Assembly (NCBI RefSeq): GCF_964355755.1
Contig: NC_092670.1
Location: forward strand, 27,516,388-27,580,387
Origin: Antedon mediterranea
Lineage: Eukaryota; Animalia; Echinodermata
Reading direction: 5' to 3'
DNA length: 64,000 nucleotides
The translations under genes and the position numbers were made by a program. Shown piece after piece: positions 22,412-36,908 of this stretch. Below the pieces are notes generated by a model. It was given only the letters and a program-made list of their open reading frames with translations. It did no database searches and was not told where the DNA came from. Each line of letters begins with the position of its first letter. Positions within the stretch are counted from its first letter, which is position 1.

Positions 22412-25400
22412 ATGCGATTTGAAGCTATTCTAAGCACTTTGCTGTTTTGTGTGAATAATTTTTGTCGAAATGCTCAAAATGGTCAAAAACGTTTTTAAAT
22501 ACGATATTAAGCTATTTTGTGCTCTTTGATGTTTTTGTGTGAAAAGTTTTACCGAAATGCTCAAAATGGTCTAAAACGGTTTCTAATGTGATTTTAAGCA
22601 CTTTGATGTTTTTATGTTAACAACTTTTTTAGAAAATCACAAAATGGTCTAAAACGTCTCCAAATGCGATTTGAAGCAATTCTAAGCACTTTGGTGTTTT
22701 TATGGTAACGAGTTTTTTTGAATATCACAAAATGGTCTAAAATGTCTCCAAATGCGATTTGAAGCTTTTCTAAGCACTTTGGTGTTTTTATGTTAACAAG
22801 TTTTTTCGAAAACCACAAAATGGTCTAAAACGTCTCCAAATGCGATTTGAAGCTTTTCTAAGCACTTTGGTGTTTTTATGTTAACAAGTTTTTTCGAAAA
22901 TCACAAAATGGTCTAAAACGTCTCCAAATGCGATTTGAAGCTATTCTGTACACTTTGCTGTTTTGTGTGAATAATTTTTGTCGAAATGCTCAAAATGGTC
23001 AAAAACGTTTTTAAATACGATATTAAGCTATTTTGTGCTCTTTGATGTTTTTGTGTGAAAAGTTTTATCGAAATGCTCAAAATGGTCTAAAACGGTTTCT
23101 AATGTGATTTTAAGCACTTTGATGTTTTTATGTTAACAACTTTTTTAGAAAATCACAAAATGGTCTAAAACGTCTCCAAATGCGATTTGAAGCAATTCTA
23201 AGCACTTTGGTGTTTTTATGGTAACGAGTTTTTTTGAATATCACAAAATGGTCTAAAATGTCTCCAAATGCGATTTGAAGCTTTTCTAAGCACTTTGGTG
23301 TTTTTATGGTAACGAGTTATTTCGAAAATCACAAAATGGTCTAAAACGTCTCCAAATGCGATTTGAAGCTATTCTGTACACTTTGCTGTTTTGTGTGAAT
23401 AATTTTTGTCAAAATGCTCAAAATGGTCAAAAACGTTTTTAAATACTATATTAAGCTATTTTGTGCTCTTTGATGTTTTTGTGTGAAAAGTTTTATCGAA
23501 ATGCTCAAAATGGTCTAAAACGGTTTCTAATGTGATTTTAAGCACTTTGATGTTTTTATGTTAACAACTTTTTTAGAAAATTACAAAATGGTGTAAAACG
23601 TCTCCAAATGCGATTTGAAGCTATTCTAAGCAATTTGGTGTTTTTATGTTAACAAGTTTTTTCGAAAATCACAAAATGGTCTAAAACGTCTCCAAATGCG
23701 ATTTGAAGCTATTCTAAGCACTTTTGTGTTTTTATGTTAACAAGTTTTTTCGAAAATCACAAAATGGTCTAAAATGTCTCCAATTGCGATTTGAAGCTTT
23801 TCTAAGCACTTTTGTGTTTTTATGTTTACAAGTTTTTTCGAAAATCACAAAATGGTCTAAAACGTCTCCAAATGCGATTTGAAGCTATTCTAAGCACTTT
23901 GGTGTTTTTATGTTAACAAGTTTTTTCGAAAATCACAAAATGGTCTAAAACGTCTCCAAATGTGATTTGAAGCTATTCTAAACACTTTGGTGTTTTTATG
24001 TTAACAAGTTTTTTCGAAAATCACAAATTGGTCTAAAACGTCTCCATATGCGATTTGAAGCTATTCTAAGCACTTTGCTGTTTTGTGTGAATAATTTTTG
24101 TCGAAATGCTCAAAATGGTCAAAAACGTTTTTAAATACGATATTAAGCTATTTTGTGCTCTTTGATGTTTTTGTGTGAAAAGTTTTATCGAAATACTCAA
24201 AATGGTCTAAAACGGTTTCTAATGTGATTTTAAGCACTTTGATGTTTTTATGTTAACAACTTTTTTAGAAAATCACAAAATGGTCTAAAACGTCTCCAAA
24301 TGCGATTTGAAGCAATTCTAAGCACTTTGGTGTTTTTATGGTAACGAGTTTTTTTGAATATCACAAAATGGTCTAAAATGTCTCCAAATGCGATTTGAAG
24401 CTTTTCTAAGCACTTTGGTGTTTTTATGTTAACAAGTTTTTTCGAAAACCACAAAATGGTCTAAAACGTCTCCAAATGCGATTTGAAGCTTTTCTAAGCA
24501 CTTTGGTGTTTTTATGTTAACAAGTTTTTTCGAAAATCACAAAATGGTCTAAAACGTCTCCAAATGCGATTTGAAGCTATTCTGTACACTTTGCTGTTTT
24601 GTGTGAATAATTTTTGTCGAAATGCTCAAAATGGTCAAAAACGTTTTTAAATACGATATTAAGCTATTTTGTGCTCTTTGATGTTTTTGTGTGAAAAGTT
24701 TTATCGAAATGCTCAAAATGGTCTAAAACGGTTTCTAATGTGATTTTAAGCACTTTGATGTTTTTATGTTAACAACTTTTTTAGAAAATCACAAAATGGT
24801 CTAAAACGTCTCCAAATGCGATTTGAAGCAATTCTAAGCACTTTGGTGTTTTTATGGTAACGAGTTTTTTTGAATATCACAAAATGGTCTAAAATGTCTC
24901 CAAATGCGATTTGAAGCTTTTCTAAGCACTTTGGTGTTTTTATGGTAACGAGTTATTTCGAAAATCACAAAATGGTCTAAAACGTCTCCAAATGCGATTT
25001 GAAGCTATTCTGTACACTTTGCTGTTTTGTGTGAATAATTTTTGTCAAAATGCTCAAAATGGTCAAAAACGTTTTTAAATACTATATTAAGCTATTTTGT
25101 GCTCTTTGATGTTTTTGTGTGAAAAGTTTTATCGAAATGCTCAAAATGGTCTAAAACGGTTTCTAATGTGATTTTAAGCACTTTGATGTTTTTATGTTAA
25201 CAACTTTTTTAGAAAATTACAAAATGGTGTAAAACGTCTCCAAATGCGATTTGAAGCTATTCTAAGCAATTTGGTGTTTTTATGTTAACAAGTTTTTTCG
25301 AAAATCACAAAATGGTCTAAAACGTCTCCAAATGCGATTTGAAGCTATTCTAAGCACTTTTGTGTTTTTATGTTAACAAGTTTTTTCGAAAATCACAAAA

Positions 25401-27337
25401 TGGTCTAAAATGTCTCCAATTGCGATTTGAAGCTTTTCTAAGCACTTTTGTGTTTTTATGTTTACAAGTTTTTTCGAAAATCACAAAATGGTCTAAAACG
25501 TCTCCAAATGCGATTTGAAGCTATTCTAAGCACTTTGGTGTTTTTATGTTAACAAGTTTTTTCGAAAATCACAAAATGGTCTAAAACGTCTCCAAATGTG
25601 ATTTGAAGCTATTCTAAACACTTTGGTGTTTTTATGTTAACAAGTTTTTTCGAAAATCACAAATTGGTCTAAAACGTCTCCATATGCGATTTGAAGCTAT
25701 TCTAAGCACTTTGCTGTTTTGTGTGAATAATTTTTGTCGAAATGCTCAAAATGGTCAAAAACGTTTTTAAATACGATATTAAGCTATTTTGTGCTCTTTG
25801 ATGTTTTTGTGTGAAAAGTTTTATCGAAATGCTCAAAATGGTCTAAAACGGTTTCTAATGTGATTTTAAGCACTTTGATGTTTTTATGTTAACAACTTTT
25901 TTAGAAAATCACAAAATGGTCTAAAACGTCTCCAAATGCGATTTGAAGCAATTCTAAGCACTTTGGTGTTTTTATGGTAACGAGTTTTTTTGAATATCAC
26001 AAAATGGTCTAAAATGTCTCCAAATGCGATTTGAAGCTTTTCTAAGCACTTTGGTGTTTTTATGTTAACAAGTTTTTTCGAAAACCACAAAATGGTCTAA
26101 AACGTCTCCAAATGCGATTTGAAGCTTTTCTAAGCACTTTGGTGTTTTTATGTTAACAAGTTTTTTCGAAAATCACAAAATGGTCTAAAACGTCTCCAAA
26201 TGCGATTTGAAGCTATTCTGTACACTTTGCTGTTTTGTGTGAATAATTTTTGTCGAAATGCTCAAAATGGTCAAAAACGTTTTTAAATACGATATTAAGC
26301 TATTTTGTGCTCTTTGATGTTTTTGTGTGAAAAGTTTTATCGAAATGCTCAAAATGGTCTAAAACGGTTTCTAATGTGATTTTAAGCACTTTGATGTTTT
26401 TATGTTAACAACTTTTTTAGAAAATCACAAAATGGTCTAAAACGTCTCCAAATGCGATTTGAAGCAATTCTAAGCACTTTGGTGTTTTTATGGTAACGAG
26501 TTTTTTTGAATATCACAAAATGGTCTAAAATGTCTCCAAATGCGATTTGAAGCTTTTCTAAGCACTTTGGTGTTTTTATGGTAACGAGTTATTTCGAAAA
26601 TCACAAAATGGTCTAAAACGTCTCCAAATGCGATTTGAAGCTATTCTGTACACTTTGCTGTTTTGTGTGAATAATTTTTGTCAAAATGCTCAAAATGGTC
26701 AAAAACGTTTTTAAATACTATATTAAGCTATTTTGTGCTCTTTGATGTTTTTGTGTGAAAAGTTTTATCGAAATGCTCAAAATGGTCTAAAACGGTTTCT
26801 AATGTGATTTTAAGCACTTTGATATTTTTATGTTAACAACTTTTTTAGAAAATTACAAAATGGTGTAAAACGTCTCCAAATGCGATTTGAAGCTATTCTA
26901 AGCAATTTGGTGTTTTTATGTTAACAAGTTTTTTCGAAAATCACAAAATGGTCTAAAACGTCTCCAAATGCGATTTGAAGCTATTCTAAGCACTTTTGTG
27001 TTTTTATGTTAACAAGTTTTTTCGAAAATCACAAAATGGTCTAAAATGTCTCCAATTGCGATTTGAAGCTTTTCTAAGCACTTTTGTGTTTTTATGTTTA
27101 CAAGTTTTTTCGAAAATCACAAAATGGTCTAAAACGTCTCCAAATGCGATTTGAAGCTATTCTAAGCACTTTGGTGTTTTTATGTTAACAAGTTTTTTCG
27201 AAAATCACAAAATGGTCTAAAACGTCTCCAAATGTGATTTGAAGCTATTCTAAACACTTTGGTGTTTTTATGTTAACAAGTTTTTTCGAAAATCACAAAT
27301 TGGTCTAAAACGTCTCCATATGCGATTTGAAGCTATT
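22412..27337 (+). repeat. 1636-bp (19-monomer) HOR, three tandem copies
   Basis: The rare variant GAAAACCAC and the identical spurious minus-strand ORF recur at 22612, 24248 and 25884. The CTATT anchor lies at 22425, 24061, 25697 and 27333. 1636=3x252+10x88. Confidence 0.93.
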
Positions 27338-29810
27338 TTAAGCACTTTGGTGTTTTTGTGTAACCAAGTTTTTTCGAAAATCACAAAAGGGTCTAAAATG
27401 TCTCAAAATGCGATTTGAAGCTATTCTGTACACTTTGATGTTTTTATGTTAACAACTTTTTTAGAAAATCACAAAATGGTCTAAAACGTCTCCAAATGCG
27501 ATTTGAAGCAATTCTAAGCACTTTGGTGTTTTTATGGTAACGAGTTTTTTTGAATATCACAAAATGGTCTAAAATGTCTCCAAATGCGATTTGAAGCTTT
27601 TCTAAGCACTTTGGTGTTTTTATGTTAACAAGTTTTTTCGAAAATCACAAAATGGTCTAAAACGTCTCCAAATGCGATTTGAAGCTATTCTGTACACTTT
27701 GCTGTTTTGTGTGAATAATTTTTGTCGAAATGCTCAAAATGGTCAAAAACGTTTTTAAATACGATATTAAGCTATTTTGTGCTCTTTGATGTTTTTGTGT
27801 GAAAAGTTTTATCGAAATGCTCAAAATGGTCTAAAACGGTTTCTAATGTGATTTTAAGCACTTTGATGTTTTTATGTTAACAACTTTTTTAGAAAATCAC
27901 AAAATGGTCTAAAACGTCTCCAAATGCGATTTGAAGCAATTCTAAGCACTTTGGTGTTTTTATGGTAACGAGTTTTTTTGAATATCACAAAATGGTCTAA
28001 AACGTCTCCAAATGCGATTTGAAGCTATTCTGTACACTTTGCTGTTTTGTGTGAATAATTTTTGTCGAAATGCTCAAAATGGTCAAAAACGTTTTTAAAT
28101 ACGATATTAAGCTATTTTGTGCTCTTTGATGTTTTTGTGTGAAAAGTTTTATCGAAATGCTCAAAATGGTCTAAAACGGTTTCTAATGTGATTTTAAGCA
28201 CTTTGATGTTTTTATGTTAACAACTTTTTTAGAAAATCACAAAATGGTCTAAAACGTCTCCAAATGCGATTTGAAGCAATTCTAAGCACTTTGGTGTTTT
28301 TATGGTAACGAGTTTTTTTGAATATCACAAAATGGTCTAAAATGTCTCCAAATGCGATTTGAAGCTTTTCTAAGCACTTTGGTGTTTTTATGGTAACGAG
28401 TTATTTCGAAAATCACAAAATGGTCTAAAACGTCTCCAAATGCGATTTGAAGCTATTCTGTACACTTTGCTGTTTTGTGTGAATAATTTTTGTCAAAATG
28501 CTCAAAATGGTCAAAAACGTTTTTAAATACTATATTAAGCTATTTTGTGCTCTTTGATGTTTTTGTGTGAAAAGTTTTATCGAAATGCTCAAAATGGTCT
28601 AAAACGGTTTCTAATGTGATTTTAAGCACTTTGATGTTTTTATGTTAACAACTTTTTTAGAAAATTACAAAATGGTGTAAAACGTCTCCAAATGCGATTT
28701 GAAGCTATTCTAAGCAATTTGGTGTTTTTATGTTAACAAGTTTTTTCGAAAATCACAAAATGGTCTAAAACGTCTCCAAATGCGATTTGAAGCTATTCTA
28801 AGCACTTTTGTGTTTTTATGTTAACAAGTTTTTTCGAAAATCACAAAATGGTCTAAAATGTCTCCAATTGCGATTTGAAGCTTTTCTAAGCACTTTTGTG
28901 TTTTTATGTTTACAAGTTTTTTCGAAAATCACAAAATGGTCTAAAACGTCTCCAAATGCGATTTGAAGCTATTCTAAGCACTTTGGTGTTTTTATGTTAA
29001 CAAGTTTTTTCGAAAATCACAAAATGGTCTAAAACGTCTCCAAATGTGATTTGAAGCTATTCTAAACACTTTGGTGTTTTTATGTTAACAAGTTTTTTCG
29101 AAAATCACAAATTGGTCTAAAACGTCTCCATATGCGATTTGAAGCTATTTTAAGCACTTTGGTGTTTTTGTGTAACCAAGTTTTTTCGAAAATCACAAAA
29201 GGGTCTAAAATGTCTCAAAATGCGATTTGAAGCTATTCTGTACACTTTGATGTTTTTATGTTAACAACTTTTTTAGAAAATCACAAAATGGTCTAAAACG
29301 TCTCCAAATGCGATTTGAAGCAATTCTAAGCACTTTGGTGTTTTTATGGTAACGAGTTTTTTTGAATATCACAAAATGGTCTAAAATGTCTCCAAATGCG
29401 ATTTGAAGCTTTTCTAAGCACTTTGGTGTTTTTATGTTAACAAGTTTTTTCGAAAATCACAAAATGGTCTAAAACGTCTCCAAATGCGATTTGAAGCTAT
29501 TCTGTACACTTTGCTGTTTTGTGTGAATAATTTTTGTCGAAATGCTCAAAATGGTCAAAAACGTTTTTAAATACGATATTAAGCTATTTTGTGCTCTTTG
29601 ATGTTTTTGTGTGAAAAGTTTTATCGAAATGCTCAAAATGGTCTAAAACGGTTTCTAATGTGATTTTAAGCACTTTGATGTTTTTATGTTAACAACTTTT
29701 TTAGAAAATCACAAAATGGTCTAAAACGTCTCCAAATGCGATTTGAAGCAATTCTAAGCACTTTGGTGTTTTTATGGTAACGAGTTTTTTTGAATATCAC
29801 AAAATGGTCT
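26180..29810 (+). repeat. 1812-bp (21-monomer) tandem duplication overlapping the third 1636-bp copy
   Basis: The CCATATGCG variant has its TATG at 27319 and 29131, and CCAATTGCG is repeated in register. 1812=3x252+12x88. Confidence 0.85.
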
Positions 29811-30013
29811 AAAATGTCTCCAAATGCGATTTGAAGCTTTTCTAAGCACTTTGGTGTTTTTATGTTTACAAGTTTTTTCGAAAATCACAAAATGGTCTAA
29901 AACGGTTTCTAATGTGATTTTAAGCACTTTGGTGTTTTTATGTTAACAAGTTTTTTCGAAAATCACAAAATGGTCTAAAATGTCTCAAAATGCGATTTGA
30001 AGCTATTCTGTAC

Positions 30014-33000
30014 ACTTTGATGTTTTTATGTTAACAACTTTTTTAGAAAATCACAAAATGGTCTAAAACGTCTCCAAATGCGATTTGAAGCAATTCTAAG
30101 CACTTTGGTGTTTTTATGGTAACGAGTTTTTTTGAATATCACAAAATGGTCTAAAATGTCTCCAAATGCGATTTGAAGCTTTTCTAAGCACTTTGGTGTT
30201 TTTATGTTAACAAGTTTTTTCGAAAATCACAAAATGGTCTAAAACGTCTCCAAATGCGATTTGAAGCTATTCTGTACACTTTGCTATTTTGTGTGAATAA
30301 TTTTTGTCGAAATGCTCAAAATGGTCAAAAACGTTTTTAAATACGATATTAAGCTATTTTGTGCTCTTTGATGTTTTTGTGTGAAAAGTTTTATCGAAAT
30401 GCTCAAAATGGTCTAAAACGGTTTCTAATGTGATTTTAAGCACTTTGATGTTTTTATGTTAACAACTTTTTTAGAAAATCACAAAATGGTCTAAAACGTC
30501 TCCAAATGCGATTTGAAGCAATTCTAAGCACTTTGGTGTTTTTATGGTAACGAGTTTTTTTGAATATCACAAAATGGTCTAAAACGTCTCCAAATGCGAT
30601 TTGAAGCTATTCTGTACACTTTGCTGTTTTGTGTGAATAATTTTTGTCAAAATGCTCAAAATGGTCAAAAACGTTTTTAAATACTATATTAAGCTATTTT
30701 GTGCTCTTTGATGTTTTTGTGTGAAAAGTTTTATCGAAATGCTCAAAATGGTCTAAAACGGTTTCTAATGTGATTTTAAGCACTTTGATGTTTTTATGTT
30801 AACAACTTTTTTAGAAAATCACAAAATGGTCTAAAACGTCTCCAAATGCGATTTGAAGCAATTCTAAGCACTTTGGTGTTTTTATGGTAACGAGTTTTTT
30901 TGAATATCACAAAATGGTCTAAAATGTCTCCAAATGCGATTTGAAGCTTTTCTAAGCACTTTGGTTTTTTTATGGTAACGAGTTATTTCGAAAATCACAA
31001 AATGGTCTAAAACGTCTCCAAATGCGATTTGAAGCTATTCTGTACACTTTGCTGTTTTGTGTGAATAATTTTTGTCAAAATGCTCAAAATGGTCAAAAAC
31101 GTTTTTAAATACTATATTAAGCTATTTTGTGCTCTTTGATGTTTTTGTGTGAAAAGTTTTATCGAAATGCTCAAAATGGTCTAAAACGGTTTCTAATGTG
31201 ATTTTAAGCACTTTGATGTTTTTATGTTAACAACTTTTTTAGAAAATTACAAAATGGTGTAAAACGTCTCCAAATGCGATTTGAAGCTATTCTAAGCAAT
31301 TTGGTGTTTTTATGTTAACAAGTTTTTTCGAAAATCACAAAATGGTCTAAAACGTCTCCAAATGCGATTTGAAGCTATTCTAAGCACTTTTGTGTTTTTA
31401 TGTTAACAAGTTTTTTCGAAAATCACAAAATGGTCTAAAATGTCTCCAAATGCGATTTGAAGCTTTTCTAAGCACTTTTGTGTTTTTATGTTTACAAGTT
31501 TTTTCGAAAATCACAAAATGGTCTAAAACGTCTCCAAATGCGATTTGAAGCTATTCTGTACACTTTGCTGTTTTGTGTGAATAATTTTTGTCAAAATGCT
31601 CAAAATGGTCAAAAACGTTTTTAAATACTATATTAAGCTATTTTGTGTTCTTTGATGTTTTTATGTGAAAAGTTTTATCGAAATGCTCAAAATGGTCTAA
31701 AACGGTTTCTAATGTGATTTTAAGAACTTTGATGTTTTTATGTTAAAAACTTTTTTAGAAAATCACAAAATGGTCTAAAACGTCTCCAAATGCGATTTGA
31801 AGCAATTCTAAGCACTTTGGTGTTTTTATGTTAACACGTTTTTTCGAAAATCACAAAATGGTCTACAACGTCTCCAAATGCGATTTGAAGCTATTCTAAG
31901 CACTTTGGTGTTTTTATGTTAACAAGTTTTTTCGAAAATCACAAAGTGGTATAAAACGTCTCCAAATGCGATTTTAAGGTATTCTAAGCACTTTGGTGTT
32001 TTTATGTTAACAAGTTTTTTCGAAAATCACAAAATGGTCTAAAACGTCTCCAAATGTGATTTGAAGCTATTCTAAACACTTTGGTGTTTTTATGTTAACA
32101 AGTTTTTTCGAAAATCACAAATTTGTCTAAAACGTCTCCAAATGCGATTTGAAGCTATTTTAAGCACTTTGGTGTTTTTGTGTAACCAAGTTTTTTCGAA
32201 AATCACAAAAGGGTCTAAAATGTCTCAAAATGCGATTTGAAGCTATTCTGTACACTTTGATGTTTTTATGTTAACAACTTTTTTAGAAAATCACAAAATG
32301 GTCTAAAACGTCTCCAAATGCGATTTGAAGCAATTCTAAGCACTTTGGTGTTTTTATGGTAACGAGTTTTTTTGAATATCACAAAATGGTCTAAAATGTC
32401 TCCAAATGCGATTTGAAGCTTTTCTAAGCACTTTGGTGTTTTTATGTTAACAAGTTTTTTCGAAAATCACAAAATGGTCTAAAACGTCTCCAAATGCGAT
32501 TTGAAGCTATTCTGTACACTTTGCTGTTTTGTGTGAATAATTTTTGTCGAAATGCTCAAAATGGTCAAAAACGTTTTTAAATACGATATTAAGCTATTTT
32601 GTGCTCTTTGATGTTTTTGTGTGAAAAGTTTTATCGAAATGCTCAAAATGGTCTAAAACGGTTTCTAATGTGATTTTAAGCACTTTGATGTTTTTATGTT
32701 AACAACTTTTTTAGAAAATCACAAAATGGTCTAAAACGTCTCCAAATGCGATTTGAAGCAATTCTAAGCACTTTGGTGTTTTTATGGTAACGAGTTTTTT
32801 TGAATATCACAAAATGGTCTAAAATGTCTCCAAATGCGATTTGAAGCTTTTCTAAGCACTTTGGTGTTTTTATGTTTACAAGTTTTTTCGAAAATCACAA
32901 AATGGTCTAAAACGGCTCCAAATACGATTTGAAGCTATTCTAAGCACTTTGGTGTTTTTATGTTAACAAGTTTTTTCGAAAATCACAAAATGGTCTAAAA

Positions 33001-36000
33001 CGTCTCCAAATGCGATTTGAAGCTATTCTAAGCACTTTGGTGTTTTTATGTTAACAAGTTTTTTCGAAAATCACAAAATGGTGTAAAACGTCTCCAAATG
33101 CGATTTGAAGCTATTCTAAGCAATTTTGTGTTTTTATGTTAACAAGTTTTTTCGAAAATCACAAAATGGTCTAAAACGTCTCCAAATGCGATTTGAAGCT
33201 ATTCTAAGCACTTTTGTGTTTTTATGTTAACAAGTTTTTTCGAAAATCACAAAATGGTCTAAAATGTCTCAAAATGCGATTTGAAGCTATTCTGTACACT
33301 TTGCTGTTTTGTGTGAATAATTTTTGTCAAAATGCTCAAAATGGTCAAAAACGTTTTTAAATACTATATTAAGCTATTTTGTGTTCTTTGATGTTTTTGT
33401 GTGAAAAGTTTTTTCGAAATGCTCAAAATGGTCTAAAACGGTTTCTAATGTGATTTTAAGAACTTTGATGTTTTTATGTTAACAACTTTTTTAGAAAATC
33501 ACAAAATGGTCTAAAACGTCTCCAAATGCGATTTGAAGCAATTCTAAGCACTTTGGTGTTTTTATGGTAACGAGTTTTTTTGAATATCACAAAATGGTCT
33601 AAAATGTCTCCAAATGCGATTTGAAGCTTTTCTAAGCACTTTGGTGTTTTTATGTTAACAAGTTTTTTCGAAAATCACAAAATGGTCTAAAACGTCTCCA
33701 AATGCGATTTGAAGCTATTCTGTACACTTTGCTGTTTTGTGTGAATAATTTTTGTCGAAATGCTCAAAATGGTCAAAAACGTTTTTAAATACGATATTAA
33801 GCTATTTTGTGCTCTTTGATGTTTTTGTGTGAAAAGTTTTATCGAAATGCTCAAAATGGTCTAAAACGGTTTCTAATGTGATTTTAAGCACTTTGATGTT
33901 TTTATGTTAACAACTTTTTTAGAAAATCACAAAATGGTCTAAAACGTCTCCAAATGCGATTTGAAGCAATTCTAAGCACTTTGGTGTTTTTATGGTAACG
34001 AGTTTTTTTGAATATCACAAAATGGTCTAAAACGTCTCCAAATGCGATTTGAAGCTATTCTGTACACTTTGCTGTTTTGTGTGAATAATTTTTGTCAAAA
34101 TGCTCAAAATGGTCAAAAACGTTTTTAAATACTATATTAAGCTATTTTGTGCTCTTTGATGTTTTTGTGTGAAAAGTTTTATCGAAATGCTCAAAATGGT
34201 CTAAAACGGTTTCTAATGTGATTTTAAGCACTTTGATGTTTTTATGTTAACAACTTTTTTAGAAAATCACAAAATGGTCTAAAACGTCTCCAAATGCGAT
34301 TTGAAGCAATTCTAAGCACTTTGGTGTTTTTATGGTAACGAGTTTTTTTGAATATCACAAAATGGTCTAAAATGTCTCCAAATGCGATTTGAAGCTTTTC
34401 TAAGCACTTTGGTTTTTTTATGGTAACGAGTTATTTCGAAAATCACAAAATGGTCTAAAACGTCTCCAAATGCGATTTGAAGCTATTCTGTACACTTTGC
34501 TGTTTTGTGTGAATAATTTTTGTCAAAATGCTCAAAATGGTCAAAAACGTTTTTAAATACTATATTAAGCTATTTTGTGCTCTTTGATGTTTTTGTGTGA
34601 AAAGTTTTATCGAAATGCTCAAAATGGTCTAAAACGGTTTCTAATGTGATTTTAAGCACTTTGATGTTTTTATGTTAACAACTTTTTTAGAAAATTACAA
34701 AATGGTGTAAAACGTCTCCAAATGCGATTTGAAGCTATTCTAAGCAATTTGGTGTTTTTATGTTAACAAGTTTTTTCGAAAATCACAAAATGGTCTAAAA
34801 CGTCTCCAAATGCGATTTGAAGCTATTCTAAGCACTTTTGTGTTTTTATGTTAACAAGTTTTTTCGAAAATCACAAAATGGTCTAAAATGTCTCCAAATG
34901 CGATTTGAAGCTTTTCTAAGCACTTTTGTGTTTTTATGTTTACAAGTTTTTTCGAAAATCACAAAATGGTCTAAAACGTCTCCAAATGCGATTTGAAGCT
35001 ATTCTGTACACTTTGCTGTTTTGTGTGAATAATTTTTGTCAAAATGCTCAAAATGGTCAAAAACGTTTTTAAATACTATATTAAGCTATTTTGTGTTCTT
35101 TGATGTTTTTATGTGAAAAGTTTTATCGAAATGCTCAAAATGGTCTAAAACGGTTTCTAATGTGATTTTAAGAACTTTGATGTTTTTATGTTAAAAACTT
35201 TTTTAGAAAATCACAAAATGGTCTAAAACGTCTCCAAATGCGATTTGAAGCAATTCTAAGCACTTTGGTGTTTTTATGTTAACACGTTTTTTCGAAAATC
35301 ACAAAATGGTCTACAACGTCTCCAAATGCGATTTGAAGCTATTCTAAGCACTTTGGTGTTTTTATGTTAACAAGTTTTTTCGAAAATCACAAAGTGGTAT
35401 AAAACGTCTCCAAATGCGATTTTAAGGTATTCTAAGCACTTTGGTGTTTTTATGTTAACAAGTTTTTTCGAAAATCACAAAATGGTCTAAAACGTCTCCA
35501 AATGTGATTTGAAGCTATTCTAAACACTTTGGTGTTTTTATGTTAACAAGTTTTTTCGAAAATCACAAATTTGTCTAAAACGTCTCCAAATGCGATTTGA
35601 AGCTATTTTAAGCACTTTGGTGTTTTTGTGTAACCAAGTTTTTTCGAAAATCACAAAAGGGTCTAAAATGTCTCAAAATGCGATTTGAAGCTATTCTGTA
35701 CACTTTGATGTTTTTATGTTAACAACTTTTTTAGAAAATCACAAAATGGTCTAAAACGTCTCCAAATGCGATTTGAAGCAATTCTAAGCACTTTGGTGTT
35801 TTTATGGTAACGAGTTTTTTTGAATATCACAAAATGGTCTAAAATGTCTCCAAATGCGATTTGAAGCTTTTCTAAGCACTTTGGTGTTTTTATGTTAACA
35901 AGTTTTTTCGAAAATCACAAAATGGTCTAAAACGTCTCCAAATGCGATTTGAAGCTATTCTGTACACTTTGCTGTTTTGTGTGAATAATTTTTGTCGAAA

Positions 36001-36908
36001 TGCTCAAAATGGTCAAAAACGTTTTTAAATACGATATTAAGCTATTTTGTGCTCTTTGATGTTTTTGTGTGAAAAGTTTTATCGAAATGCTCAAAATGGT
36101 CTAAAACGGTTTCTAATGTGATTTTAAGCACTTTGATGTTTTTATGTTAACAACTTTTTTAGAAAATCACAAAATGGTCTAAAACGTCTCCAAATGCGAT
36201 TTGAAGCAATTCTAAGCACTTTGGTGTTTTTATGGTAACGAGTTTTTTTGAATATCACAAAATGGTCTAAAATGTCTCCAAATGCGATTTGAAGCTTTTC
36301 TAAGCACTTTGGTGTTTTTATGTTTACAAGTTTTTTCGAAAATCACAAAATGGTCTAAAACGGTTCCAAATACGATTTGAAGCTATTCTAAGCACTTTGG
36401 TGTTTTTATGTTAACAAGTTTTTTCGAAAATCACAAAATGGTCTAAAACGTCTCCAAATGCGATTTGAAGCTATTCTAAGCACTTTGGTGTTTTTATGTT
36501 AACAAGTTTTTTCGAAAATCACAAAATGGTGTAAAACGTCTCCAAATGCGATTTGAAGCTATTCTAAGCAATTTTGTGTTTTTATGTTAACAAGTTTTTT
36601 CGAAAATCACAAAATGGTCTAAAACGTCTCCAAATGCGATTTGAAGCTATTCTAAGCACTTTTGTGTTTTTATGTTAACAAGTTTTTTCGAAAATCACAA
36701 AATGGTCTAAAATGTCTCAAAATGCGATTTGAAGCTATTCTGTACACTTTGCTGTTTTGTGTGAATAATTTTTGTCAAAATGCTCAAAATGGTCAAAAAC
36801 GTTTTTAAATACTATATTAAGCTATTTTGTGTTCTTTGATGTTTTTGTGTGAAAAGTTTTTTCGAAATGCTCAAAATGGTCTAAAACGGTTTCTAATGTG
36901 ATTTTAAG
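30014..36908 (+). repeat. 3448-bp (40-monomer) tandem duplication
   Basis: Rare variants AACACG (31833/35281), AAAGTGG (31943/35391) and ATTTGTCT (32121/35569) are all offset by 3448=6x252+22x88. Confidence 0.92.
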
